Shown here in pieces: positions 45,805-59,190 of a DNA stretch of 64,000 bases. Source of the DNA: Amoebophrya sp. A120 (taxonomy: Eukaryota > Protista > Dinoflagellata); contig CAJINV010000013.1 of NCBI GenBank assembly GCA_905178155.1, positions 1,140,392-1,204,391 of the forward strand, in the 5' to 3' direction. A model generated the notes under the pieces. That model saw only the letters and a program-made list of their open reading frames with translations. It ran no database searches and had not been told where the DNA came from. How positions within the stretch are numbered: position 1 is the stretch's first letter; each line of letters opens with the position of its first letter. Both the position numbers and the translations under genes were made by a program.

Positions 45805-48800
45805 CTAGACAAATTCCACCAGATGCATCACCATGTCATTCTCCTGGTTGTCAATAGCGCTCAAGTAGTTGTGGTCAACACCATTGTGTTGGATGAACAG
45901 GGTCGGCAACCGCGTGAACTCCGTTGAGGAAAGCTGCTTCGGCCTTGCAGAAGGAGTGTTAGTTGCTGTTGCTTCAGTAGTTTTTTCGCCAGCACAGAAG
46001 TGGTCGTCTGCTGCACCGCCTCGCGTGTCGATCTCCCTTGACCTGCTATGACAGAGGACGTTTTTCATCTTTGTTTTCGTGTCATCTTCCGCAGCAATCT
46101 GAAAACCGTTTTTGGATGTTTTATTCTTGCTCTTTGTCGCCGCTGGGATATACAACGAGGGATCTTTGGCTAGTAGCCGCTGCAGACTCGCTTCGGTCTG
46201 CGTCATATCCCGGGTGGGTGCAGGACCCATATACCGTGCGGATTTGTCCTGCGAAGGCGTTGCACGGTGTCCACGCGGCTGGGGTCGGACTAATGCAGCT
46301 CCGGGCTGCTTTGCCGGAAGAGAGTTGCTCTTATTGCTCTTACTGTTCCTCACTGGTTTTTGATCTAGATTGGCTGTAGTCGTAAAAACATCCACTTGAG
46401 AAATGTAGTCCTCGTCCCTCCCCTCGCTAGTATTTTCCTCCACACCACAATGCCCCCTGCCTGCCTCCTCTTCTGAAACCGACGACGCGTAGGAACTTGG
46501 TCGCTCTTCCTCGATAATTCCGGCTTTGATTACGTCTACTTCATCTGACCTTGCGCTGCTACTTCCCACAGTGGAGGACGGACACGGACTTTGTTCAGGA
46601 TACACGGATGACGTATTAAAACCCGTGGTTGTGCTGCACGGACTTTGTTCCGGCGCCGGCGATGATAGTACAACTTCTGTTGTAGCAACTTCTGTAGGTT
46701 GTCCAATGCGCTTGCTTTTCGTCTCCTGCAAAAATTCCTCGCCTTTTTTATGAAGAGAAGCCGCCGCAACTGCGCCAACAATCATCATGTTGCCTCCGCC
46801 AGGCATACACTCATTTGTTCTCTCTTCAGCATCGGGTCCGACAAAAGACCCACTCGGTGCAGCTTGCGGCTCTTCTACGTCGATGCTGTGGTCTGTGTCG
46901 AGAACAGTCGAGATGCGCTTTTCGAAGTACTTCACTTTCTCGCGCACAAAATGTGGCCGGGGCAGAGCCGCTGGGTTTAGAAAAGGTGCTTGCTGCTCCC
47001 TTGCACCTGTTTCAGCAGATTTGTCGTCCGTCGCTTCATCTTCGGCAGCACCTTTGTCGCAGGAAATCGAAATTGTATCCTCTGTTACCACCTCCGCATG
47101 ACAGCACTTCTGCAAGACTTTGTAGTCCGTCGCGACTTTTCTCGCCACGGAACTGAACAAAAGGTCAATGAGGTGCTCCGTTTCTTCTTCCACCTCTTTC
47201 CTACATTCGACATCGATAAAAGTGCTAGCCCTAGCCGGAGCGCTCGCGCTGGTCACATTTATTTCTTGGTCTTCGCAAGGACTCGCGTCCAGAAGCGGGC
47301 CGCGAGAGGGTTCTTGCGGAACATCTTCCAGAGGAGTGGCCAGAACTTTGTGGTCCACCTCTCCGCCGGTGTTGTCAGTTCGGTCACCGCCCCGCTGGGC
47401 CAATGAAGCAGCGCTATGAGCCGAAGAATGTAGTTGCAGTTCTTTTCCATCTACTTCCTCCAGCCCGCACTCTGCTAGCATTTTCTCAATTTCCTCCGGG
47501 TCTTCCACCTGCAATCCCGGGTCTTCGAAATGATAGCACGGCGTTGATGCCACGGACAACGCGGCGGCGGGGTCAACATCTTCACAGCCTTCACGCAGGC
47601 TAAGAAAGTGCGCAGAGCTTGACTTTGCTTCCTTGTTCCTCCTGGCGCGGTCTTCCTCCTCTTTTATCACCTTCCTGAACTGGTAGTTGAACTTTTCACG
47701 AAGGAGTTTTTCACGCAATTTGTTCTCGATGTAGTGCTGGTCATTCAACGCCACTTCGAGGTTTGTTGTTCTTGGCAGAGGACGACCAGGTGAAAAAGCT
47801 TCCTCGCCTGCTGTCGTAATTCGCCCAGGAAAGTTGTAGGGGCTTGCTGTTGATTGCTTTGACTTGTTTAATTCCTGCGCTCGGGCAGGGTATTGAAGAT
47901 GCTTCTTCTCATCTCGCCCCGCCCAGCTCTCATGTTCGTAAAATTTTCTTGGAAAAATCGGCTCGTATTTAAGATTATCTGGCGCGGGCGAGCGTTTATT
48001 CACCTTCATCTGCTCAGCGGTTTCGATAATTCCTGTCGTGTCAGCATGAAATTGGTCACGGCGTCCGACGACGCTGCTTGTTTCGCTGTCTGTGGAAGGT
48101 TCCTCCGCGTCCTCTCGAATGGTTCCCTCCTCATCGTCATCCAGTTCCATTTCACAGCCGCGTGTTTGCTTCCTGACTGCTTCTTCTTCGTGAAAACTCT
48201 TCTGCTCGCCTTGCGGGCTTTCTTGTGCGCCGCCTTTCAGGATCTTCCCTTCTACTGGTGCTCCATGATTTTGTTCGTTTCTGTTCTGCTCCTTCGTACC
48301 TGCAGCCGCAGGCGAAGCAAGGTGTTGTGAAATGCCTTCAGTGCAGCTGTCCAGTTGTTCCGCCTTCACGATTTCATTTTCATTGTCTCCATCCACCGGC
48401 AAGACCAAGCCCAAAGCTTCGAACACCAACTTTCGTCGCAGCGCCCGCACGTCCGTTGCAAACTCTTGCTTCAACTCCTCGGTCAGTGCTGAAATAGAGC
48501 CCAGTGCGCCAGTTTGTCCTCCGCAATAATTGTTTTCGCCCTCCTTCTTCTTTCGATTCCGTGATGACAAGGAAGTACTGCTGGAGCTAGAGTTTGCCTT
48601 TTTGCAGCCTTTGTAATCCCGGGCGACCGTTCCTTCGACGGTTTCGTATTCGTCCTCCTCGGAGTCGTTGTCGGCTTTGTTCAGTAACTCTGGCGTAGAA
48701 TTAGCCGTCCAGAGGTTCGTCATGTCGAGAAATTTCTTGGAAGCGGGCACTCTAGAATTTGAATCAGCGTGAATATCCGAATCGTTCGAACCGAAGAGCT

Positions 48801-51064
48801 GATACGGCCAACTGCACAGGGACTGTAGCATCCGCGCCTTCTCTCGGGGCACGCAAGAAAGCCTGTTTGACGGAGTACCAGTAGGGGATAGAAGTTGTAA
48901 CGTCGATGATGTAGCTGTGGGTTTACCCATGATGCTTCTGTTGTCCACTTTCTCTTTGCCTCTACCAGGTCCTCTTGCAGTGGACTTCTGCATCAGTATT
49001 GCCTGGCAAACCCTCTCGTTTCTGTACCTGCTCGTCTTCTGGACGTCGGCTTTCCCTGTAGAATTCGCAATCGCCTTACCGCCCATCTTGTTTCCACTAC
49101 CTTGCGTCGTTGCTACCAATTGGTCGTCGTTGTACGTCCTAGTTCCACCGCTGACATTTTGCGCGCCGTGCTGAAGGTCTCCGTCTTCTACAGCAGTGCC
49201 GTAAAGTTCCTCTCTTACCAGCTCTTTCAACGGCTTCACTATCCAGTCAGACACGAGACTCGATGAAGACCGCGGAGGAGTTCCTCGGTCCACCGGAGCA
49301 GCAAGCTGATAGTTTGCTCGCTTCATCTCGGTGAAAGATTCGTCATCTCCGAAAGTTCCGTACACCTGACGCCCGAGGTCGCCGCGACTGCCGTCAGTAC
49401 AAATCCTAGATTGCATGACTCTCCTGTTGTTCACATTTTTCTTGCTCCTGGGCGACGCAGTTGATGTAGCCGGCTTCTCCAGGGGCGTGAAGTCGTTGTC
49501 TTCAAAGCCAACGTAGGTGAGCCGTCCGGAACTTGCTTCGTTAAAATCCTCGGAATCTCGCGGAGGTGGGAGCAAAACAACAGCCTCCGCGAAGGTGACC
49601 TGGGGAGTCAGCATTTCTAGTGTGGGGCCGTTGGTGACGACTTGCTGGTGTTTGACGACACTGTTCGTGGTTCTCCTCGCTCCGTTGAACCAGTGCAGGC
49701 GAGGTTGGACTTGGCAGACAAAGTCAAACAATTCCTGGCTTTTTCCGTCCAAAACGTGAAGCGGGCCCGACGTCGGCGTAATCAGAATATCCGGTCTGCT
49801 GGGCGTACTACCGGATTGCAGGAGAGATTTGGATACCTGTTTTGACACAAGTCTTGCAAATGTTTCGAATTATTTTCCAATGTGCACTACTGCTGATGAA
49901 GTACGTAGATTCACAAACTTCAGTATCTGACGTAAGAAAAAATTACTTATACGCCAAAGTTGCACAATTGAACTGCTTCACGAACAATTTTACCTCCGCC
50001 ACCCCGAAGCGCTTATTAGCCTGTCCATTTTCATCATCGACTGAGCTGCTCGGCAGGACGCAGATCTGCAGCCCAGCGATCGTGAAAACTGTGCTGTTTT
50101 CCAGCACGATTCCGTTAGAAATCACTGTTGACTTTCTCCGATGGTCGTGCGCAGATTTTTTTGCGTTCCTTCTACCCGACGTAGTCTTCCTCTTGTCTGG
50201 CTGTTGTACTACCGCACAGGAGTCTTGCACAAACTCCCCGTTCTCCACTCGCCAGACAGGAGTTGTACTACCTGCTGGTCGCTGCGGCGTGTTTCTTCTA
50301 ATCCCCCCGCGGCCCGCATCCGAAGCGTCGAGGTTAGAACAAGAGTCTTGACGAATACTAGACTTTCCGTTTACAATTTCAGCATCCGAAAAATTGTGAT
50401 GCTCGAACTCACCATCAAGCTCTCCTTCACTGAACAGCTTTTCCAAGAGCTCCGCGTCCTGGACTGCTGCGGTGACAATTTTCGTTGTGCCGACCGCGCT
50501 CGAACAATGCAGCAGCAGCTGCTTCCGCTTCAACAACTGGATTGCCGCAACGTCGACTTCCGGATTCAGGATGAGCAGTTTGGACTTTGCAAGCTTTCCG
50601 ACTTCCTGCAGCCACTCGTCAAACTGCAGCAAATCGTACGCGGTTCGCCCAAACCCGCCGGTGTGCACGAGGAGATCGATTGGCGGGGTGAGAGGTGTTG
50701 AACCATTAGTGTTATTTTGCGAAAGCAGAGGGGAAATTGGTGAAGAGGAGGAAGAAGATGATGGGACAACGCGGCCGTGTACGAAAAGTACAGTCGGTGG
50801 ACGAGTGATTGTGTTTTGTTGGTCCGAAGTCGCGATAGTACCTCCGGGAGGCGGAAGAATAAATTCATGGGAATAATGCAGGCTTCGCACAATCCGAAAC
50901 GAATTCGCGTAGAGCGAATCCAGGTCGAGGAGTCTGCGACGACCCTGTTTAGTGATTCCACAAGCACCAGGGTAGTAGGAATTCGGCCTGGAGTGCAGAA
51001 TTAGCCCGACTTCTGCTTCCTCTTCCGAGTCGTCCAGGCCAAGGGAAGAAAAGGCCTTCCCCAT
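45805..51064 (-). CDS. MPPED-like metallophosphoesterase-fold protein with very long disordered C-terminus
   Basis: DLLVHTGGF..LQFDEWL..KLLI and VLENS..IAGLQI in 49943-51238 continue as PDILIT..GPL..ELFDFV..QPRLHWFNG at the start of 45805-49848. Intron presumed ~49985-49850; start MGKAFSS. Confidence 0.6.
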
Positions 51065-51616
51065 GTTGTTTGATTCTAGACACGCAGGCTCGGTAGAAAG
51101 GTCATGATCTAGCACAGTCAAACTTAAAGCGGTGCCGGTATCTATGATAGAGTGTCTTCTATCTATGTGATTTCCCTTTTGCTGTGTTTCGTGCCGCGCT
51201 CTGCTCAAAACCCTCACGCTCACCCTGCTAATAATCACCGTATTTGTGTGTATGCAGGTTGCTAGGTCTTATGCTCTGGCAAACAAGCTATTTATTACAC
51301 TGAACAAACTGATACTGGTGTCGTGGTAGTCTTGACTACTACTTTGCAAACAGCACAATGTGGTGCTTTGTATCTGTCGGATGCGTTCTTTCTTGCATTT
51401 GCTTGCGCAGTTCCCGTTCTCGCTCGGAGTTTTTTTTTGTTTGTTGCAACAACAGCGGCGACAGAGTCTGTTTCGCGCCGCTGCGAACTTTTTGTTTCTT
51501 CCCTGCGCGAGCGCGACGCGGCGCCGACACCTTAATACACTTCTCTACTTGGTATGGTACTAGCACTTGCTTGTGGGGTGCTTCTCGGTGATCCTGTCAC
51601 AGCAAACAAGCGATCC

Positions 51617-54600
51617 TCAAACCGCTACGGCCCCAGAAACCGCTTCCGAAATCTCGATCTTTTGCGCCACCGACGGGGAGCAAAAGAAGGAGAGAGAAAA
51701 CTTCTTTCTTCGGTCTGTTTTCCAGGTACTGGGTGTGAGGATGTAGTGCATGTTCGGCTGCAGCTTCACCCTTAGTAGGACGTCCCGTCGTTGAACAATC
51801 AGGCTGGCGTATCGAGGAGGAAAGAATGTTGACCGTCTGTCAGAATTACACGTCACATATCAATGTAGTATACGGCGAATTTTTACGCGAAAGCTTTTAT
51901 CGTAATTCCATTCAAACCAAAAGCTTGAGTTTCGCATACGCATTCGCACATTCGCACCAACATGCATTTCTTTTCTACATCGCCTCCAATGACAGAAATC
52001 GACGGGCTCTTTCTGAAACGGTTCCCTTTTTTTTCTTTGGATAGCATGCCTCCCTCGCGTACGACGGCTTCGTTATCCAAATGAAATTCCGAGCCAAGTC
52101 CATGAAATGGAAATCTATATCTTTCAGAGTCCATCAAAAACGACCTTCTCCTCGTCGGAGGTGCAGACATATTTACTGCATATGGTGGGTGAACCTGTGC
52201 GGCAGGAGCAGGACTAAACTAAGAGTTACGGATGGGGATGAACAAATTGACTTGGCTCAGAACCTTCCGAGCGTACTGCTTGTCGAAGATGGTGAGGCGG
52301 CCTGATGAGCGATTTTTTTATTTGTATGATGATTCACACTTTTCCGCACTCAAGGATCACCATTTCAGAAACCTTGCAAGCCTACGGCTCGTTTCGTTTT
52401 CGTTATTTTTCATGGACCTGACTTCTTAATGCGCCAGCTTTCTTGCACCATGACCTTGTTTATCGGAACAGAAAAATACGAATAGAGTACCACTTCCCTC
52501 CCCGTCTTGCTGCTTCATCACGCACAGGAAAATTTCTTCCAGCTCGTCGGGAAACGGAAACTTTGCGTCGGGAGAGAGTCGGGGATCTTCCTGTTGAAGC
52601 AAAACGAGAAGATCCAAGCATGGCGCGGCTGCCTGCTGTCCTTCACCGTAGGCGACAGAAGTAGGTGTCGCGGTCCCGGTCGTGATTGCATACTGGGGGT
52701 GAGGTGTGACAGGGAAAAAAAAACCTGCACTGGCTTGCTTTTGTATCTTATGCGCGTTGTGGGCATGGCGAGCGCAAGGACGTAAAACCAGCATGAGATT
52801 TCGATTTGCATGTTGGCATGCAAAATCTCCTCGCGTCGCTCATTATGATGATCTCACCGTGCCTGGCCATTTCCAAAAACTAATGCAATAACGGCGATAC
52901 AAAATAAACGGTAGTAGAGCGATAAATTCCGTCGGGGATACTCTTCGCCCAGGTTTCCGTCGTTCCATAAATGGGTCTCTTGACGGGAATCGGGGTGCCT
53001 GTTTTAGTCCCTTTTTGATTGATTGCCATGCGCATCTCATTTGAAATTGCAATCATGTAGGTCGCGTGAAAAGTAACCCGAAACCGGTGAAATAAATGCC
53101 ACGTACTTACCGCCACAGTTTTCCTTTGTCCATTCGCTGTGCAGTATCGTACAGAAAGAGGCAGGCGCGGCATACTTTACTCACTTCCCATGTTCATTCT
53201 GTTGACAAACGAACACAACTCAACAAGCTCAAGCATCTCGCAGATTGCATGAAACGTACAAAGTCGAAACTCCGTGCTTCCGGTGACTGTACACATGAGA
53301 GGCAAGTGATACCCCGCCCGCTATCCAGTAACTTTTCTGTCAATTTCATAGGGAGGCTCCTGAAAAATTTCAGTTCCCGATTCAGCAACAGAAACGCCGT
53401 CGAAAACAGTTGGTGCCAGACTTCGAAGGGCATCACGAGCGTCTCGTTCCAATCTTCGCCCGTCTGGTCCCCCGCTCGACCGGCTTTGACGGTCCGCCCG
53501 CCCCGACCATTGCTCGTGCTGTGCATCGTCTTCACCTGGGAATACTTTGCGACTCTCCAGGCCGGCGAGGCGTTCTCGAAAATGCTGTCCGCGCACAGGT
53601 TTTGGATCCGCACAAATTTCTTCTGTTCCTGCCGACTGTTCGAGCTGCTACTTTGCTCGGTGACAAAAAACTCCTTCACCGCATACATTTGGTTCCGCAC
53701 AAACCCTGTATTGTACAAAACCGTTCCAGCAGTTTTGTTCAACCCAAACCGTTCGCCATCGACGTGGATGAAGCGCGCGTTGGTTGACGCGGAGGAAGAT
53801 GCACCCCCGGCGGCCGAGGAACCGCTGTGGTCGGTCGACTGCAGAAGTGAGTTGAGCTTCTTCTGAGACACGGTGGTCGCTGCTGCCGCCGTGCTTTCCG
53901 CCTTCAAACAGCCAACAGTGAAGGGGAAGTGGTCACTGTCCTCGTTGGGTGCGGTCGTGTACTGCGAAAATTCGTTCCAACAGCTTGCCGGAGTCAGCTT
54001 CGTCAGCGTGTGCTTCTGGACGGGGAATCCGGTGAAATCCGTGAGTGCCTCGTCGGGAAAACCGGAGGAGAGCCGCGCATAGGAGCGCCCGAAGAGCTTC
54101 GCGTAGGCTTTTTCCCAAAGCATTATCAAGGAGGTGGTAGGGTTCGCCGATGCCGGACCACCTGGTGAGAATTTTCGGGATGACATCTTTTACTTTAGGT
54201 GATTCTGCTTGCTGATGCGCTAATATCTTTTCTGCAAGCAGCAGCAGCAGCGGCTACCAACGCGAACACCACATCAACAAACGTGCACCTGTCTCGTGCT
54301 CGCTCGCCTTGCAGCTGGCCCCCCAGGGTGCCCACCATTCGCCGTTCGAAGCGGGGCTCGGTTCTGCTGCCTTTCCGCATATCGAGTGCAAAAGTGTCTG
54401 GGTCTGGAAGAGTCATGCTGTTTCTGCATGACGCAGAAGGTCTGGCATGGAAGCTCTAGCATCACAGGTTTCGAGAAGCTTTCGCAATGCCGAACCCGCA
54501 TGACAAATCCCCCACTTTGGTGACAGAAAGTGAGCAGCTTTTGCTACCTATGCATGAGAGATTTTTGTGTGTTCTGAAATGCGCATCACAAGTTACATCC

Positions 54601-57242
54601 TTCCAGACCCAGACATTTTTGCACTTGATACCGTACCACGGGCAGAACTGATCGACGATCACAAATTTCTCACATCCGTCTTTGAAGAACTTGAAAGTAA
54701 AGACACCAAGCGAAAAATCGGACAAGTGAAGCTGGATGTACAAATGCAAAATAACTCCTGAGCTGCCAACGTTAGAGCCAAAACAATACAAGAAATGCAC
54801 TGGAAACACGATATACACATGTTGACACGGATCTTTTGTAGAAAGACACAAAGGAGGAGAATTTCCATGTGATCCATGTCGTGTCGTTGCTTCTTTTGAC
54901 TTTACGTTCTGGCTCAGGATTATTTTCACAAAAGCGTATTGAAAAGGTGTGGCACTGGTCGCGCTCTTCTTCTGCGACAAGGCGGATTTCGAAGCTGTCG
55001 AGGGGGCAGACGAGGGCGTAGAGCCTTTTTCTCCTGCAAGCATTGCCAAGCCCATGGCCCCGGTCAGCCAGCTGTCGCCGATCATCTTGCTCGGGTTGAT
55101 GCGGGTAGTGGCAGTGGTTGTCGTGGTGCTCGCAGCCACGGCAAGCATCTGCTCCTGGCTGTCACCACCTTTCAGTTCTTCCACACCCTTCTCCCCGACC
55201 CCGAAGTCCGCTCGCCGCCACCGCACCGCATTCACCGCACCGGAGTTGCTGGCATTCACGAGCCCGGCGCCGTTGATACTCTCCACGACGTCGATGTCCG
55301 GGTCGCAGAAACTGTACCAAGCACAAACACGACCTTCTGCAGCTTCATCGAGAGAGGACTTTTGGAGATCCTGCAACGCCGCTGCCTTTTCCTTGAGTTT
55401 CGACAACAGCGCTTGAACCTCGGCCTCCGAAGCAAAAACAGTCGCGTGTGGCGGTGATGCTGGATCCAGTAGTAGTCCGGCACCTTCTGCGCTGACCAAA
55501 CAGCTCTTAGTTTCCTGCAAGCATCGCTGAAACTCCTCCGTGCCCAGTGCGTGCCTGATCTCCACCCGTCCGCCCAAAATCGTCGCGACCGGTGGCTCGG
55601 GCGGGGGCGGGGGTGGAAGGTGCGGCTCTTCTCCGTGCATATCCGGCTGCACTTCGTGTGCCTGTCCGAGCGTGGCACTTGTCTCCTGTCCAGCAGTGCC
55701 GCTGGTCTTGTTCCCGTGTGCCTTATCCGCCGGCGCCAACAGCTCATCCACGCGGTCCACAGTTGCCACCAGCTGGCTCCCGTCGTCGGCGTACGAATGT
55801 TTTGCGGGAATACAAGAACCCTGGTCCATATTAGTCTTCCCCCCTTGATGTTCGCCACCACCAGTAGAGCTGTCGAATGACGGCGTTTGCCGCTGATGAT
55901 TTGTCGACGACAGCCGGTGGTGTGCAGCTCCTGTTTTGTCAATTTCATGCACGTTGAAATTCTCACCGCTATTTCCTCTACTTCTCGGCACTCTAATCGA
56001 CGACGAAGCAGCACTAGGACGCGTGTTGCTGCCTCTTCTGCTCCCTGGCGTGCCTCCGCTCTTCAGCAAGTGCGCACCGGAGGAACCTCCCGGCGAAGTC
56101 GTGGCGCCCGTGAAGGTGGCAGAGTGTCGCGGCTTATTCCCTCCTCGAGGACTCTCCTCGAGCTGCTCGGCGGCTGGTGTGGCCGCTTTACTGTTCATCT
56201 GCACTGTCGCAAGCGAGGACCGCTCGCGGCTGTAACTCCGCTCGCGTGTTGCTTTGTTGTTGCGCAACGAAAAATTTGAGTCTCTTCCTTTCGCAAAACT
56301 TCCGGTTTCCATCACATCTCCGGCTCCACCCCCAAGAACGTAGCTCGACTTCAGCTTCGCACTCTTCGGCTGCGCCAGGTGGGCCATCTTCAGCTTCTGT
56401 TGCTGCGCCTTGTGTCGCTCCAAGCGAGAAGCCGAAACGCGTAAGCTGATTTCGGAAGTGAGCGATTCCAAGTCGAAATTATTGTTCTTGTTGACAGCAT
56501 GATTTGATGCACCATTATTTCTGGTCGTCGTGGTGGCCGACCGCATGTTGTTCCCGGTAATTTTCCTACTGTGGCGGATCGGTTCTTCAGAGACGAGACC
56601 TTCCTGTAGCATCTCCACATCGTCGTGATCGGAGGACTTGTTGACGTTCTCGACCGGGAAATCTTCAGCTTCGTCTACGTAGTTGTCCATTCTCATTTCC
56701 CCAACATCTGCACCAGAGAGGAGCCGGGATTTCCGACTTTCACACTCCAAAATGATTTCCTGCTCCAGCTGCTTCAGGGTCTTCACGACGAACTGGAAAA
56801 AGCAGGGAAAGCGCATGGAATGCGTGTTTTGTAGGGGTTGTTTCTGACCTCCAGAAGCTCCCGAGGAAGTAGTAGAAGAAGCTCCGGCATCCAGTTGTAA
56901 ACTGGAGGTCCAAATCTCGTACACCTGCCGGTAGCTCGCTTCCTTGCCTTGGGCCTTCAGCAAGTTTTCGATCAGTGGAGCGATTTGCGGTAGCGTCAGG
57001 AAATCCTGCTGGTCCGTGTGGTGCTGGGACGACAGCAAGTTTTCGAAGGCCTGCTCGCAAAGAAATTCGAGCATCAAATCGTCCTGCAATAGGTTCTGCA
57101 ATTGGTTCCGTAATTTCTCCAAATTCAACGGGCTGGTCGTGCTTGAAGCAGCGGGAGGCGGGGTGGACGAAATTGGCGCCGGCATTGCAGTTGCCCCTGG
57201 CCCTACGGCAGGAAGCGGGGCTGTGGTCCTTGTGTGCAGCAT
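51617..57242 (-). CDS. calpain-like protein (CysPc + domain III), catalytic Cys/His apparently substituted, multi-exon
   Basis: FCDPD, VRWRR, IGDSWL, GVFTFKFFKDG..VIVDQFCP, LWEKAYAKLFG.SY..LSSG.PDEALTDFTG, VRIQN; downstream exons HPQYAI, LLQQEDPR, RRDV..LQPNMHYILTPSTW..FSLSFF. Confidence 0.75.
54380..54630. mobile_element. introner-like TIR element, family TATCAA, subfamily 3
   Basis: TIRs TATCGAGTGCAAAAGTGTCTGGGTCTGGAAG / CTTCCAGACCCAGACATTTTTGCACTTGATA; direct repeats CCGCA/CCGTA; frame restored (CPWYG-KAAEP). Confidence 0.9.
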
Positions 57243-57589
57243 GACTTGATTTGATTCTGCTGGATACGGCTGTCGCTGTGTCGTGGTAGCCGTCAACTGT
57301 GACTTTCGTCTGAACGCTTGTTCCACGACCAAAAAGAAACAAGTGGAAACTAGTTCTAGAAGACCTGCGTATACAGGCTCTCACTCAGCGTGCTCGTCCT
57401 CTGCAGCTTTGCTTTGCGTTTCCAATTTGGTACATCTACTCATCTACGCTCGCCGCTATTTTGTTCCTCTCAAGCTCGCGCTAGCTGAAGTTCTGTGGGG
57501 CGCAAAAGGAAAAGCAACAGCACCCACATAAGTACTTCCAAGGATTCGCTCCCGTCGAGCTACCGACTCTTACCGCAACGCCAGCAAGC

Positions 57590-59190
57590 CAAGCGTCCAT
57601 AGACATCTTTCTATGGATTTTTTGCCCGACATTAGCAACTACACCTGCGCATCCTTGTATTCTCTGTACGCCAACTCACGCTCTGATGGAAGGCTCCCGC
57701 TGATGTAGTCGAACAACTGGCACGCGAGCGAAGCACTTCTGTGAATGCGCCTGACAATGGCAACAAGAGCAATATCTTTTCAGCAAAGCATTGAAGGCAG
57801 GAGTGGGCGCAGACTGAACCTACTGCAAGAAGCGCATCCCTCCGTTGCGGGCCACGTACCGGGACACAGAAAAGCCGCGGGCGGGCGCAGGAAGGGTAAG
57901 CCGCGGCCGGGGCCGCAGCAACCGCCGGGCGCGCGCGCAACCAGTAAACGCCGCCGGCCTGGAGGTGAGCCAGCCCTGGAGGTGGGCTGGCCCAGCCTGG
58001 CCTTGGGCCAAGCACATCGGGCCGCGGGCCGGGCCCAAACAGTTAAGCGGCGCCGCCTTCGCCTGGGGCGAGCATTGCTGAGCGGCAGCGGAAGAACGGG
58101 CCCCCACGTAGCTGCTGCGCGGGGCCCCTCGTATTTTGAAGCCGGGCGGGTGGACAGGCAAAGAAGCGGCGCCCCCCGCCCCGGGGGTTGATCTGTATAG
58201 CTACCCGGCATCGGTCCGCATCGTTCCCCCGCGGCCGCTTCTGCAGCGGCCCGCCCGAAAACGAGGCCGGCAGAGACAAGCCGCCCGGCGAAGAAGCTGG
58301 AACCGGAGGCGGCAGACCGCCAAGCCCCGGGGCAGGTGGGAACTTGGGCTCCGCCGGCTTTGCCGAATGCCCGGCCGCGCCGATTTCCCCTGAACCAAAT
58401 CCGCGGCCCCCCGTCTCGTTTGAAGGCGCCCCCCGATCCCTCTATAGTGGATGCCGGACGGCGCTGCCCGAACACTGCAAGGGCGGCGGGCGCGCGACTA
58501 AGAATCTGCGCGGTGACATCGCGGCCCCAGTCCCCGACGTCGGTAATCCGCCCCGTTTTTGCACGCAGAGAAATTCAGGCGCGGCCCATTGGCCGAGACG
58601 TGCGTCGATCCTCTGCATCCATCCGGCCTTTGGCCCGCAAGCGGGGCCACGCAGTCTGCTGCCCGCCCCCCACTCTTCCTTGGACACGGAGCGGCAGCAA
58701 GTCGCTGCCTCTTGCTGCGGAGCGCGTTCCTGGATTTGCGGGCATGCTTGGCACCCTTGTGCGACGCCTCAGCCCCCTTGTATGACGCAAAAGCCTTCCG
58801 CCAACCAGCAACCAACGCGGCGAGCGCACGCGCCCCAGACTCTACAGCGGGCGACTGGGCAAAGTTTCGCGCTTGTCGTGCGGCTGATTGCTCAAAACCC
58901 GGGCGGATCGGACAGCTCCCTTCTCGTGCACTCGAAAAAGAACAGAACAAACCAAACAATGGCATAAACAGGCATGTGCTGAGAAACTGCGGCTTGACCG
59001 CCTGCCTCCCGTGCGCTCAGGCGATGCCTGCGGCGCAAGCTCCAGAGGCGGGCTTCGACTTTGTTCAGTGCTGCTGAGATACGTCGACGGCGTATTCATT
59101 TCGGACACGTACGCAAAGGCAAAGCAAAACCGTGGAGGCAAAATACACGCTATTCTCATCCAGCTCGTCTTCTTGGCGCGGATGAGTTGT
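57590..59190. other. GC-rich non-coding island, possible degenerate transposon
   Basis: Abrupt high-GC block between genes, no convincing ORF, short hairpins near both edges. Confidence 0.35.
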
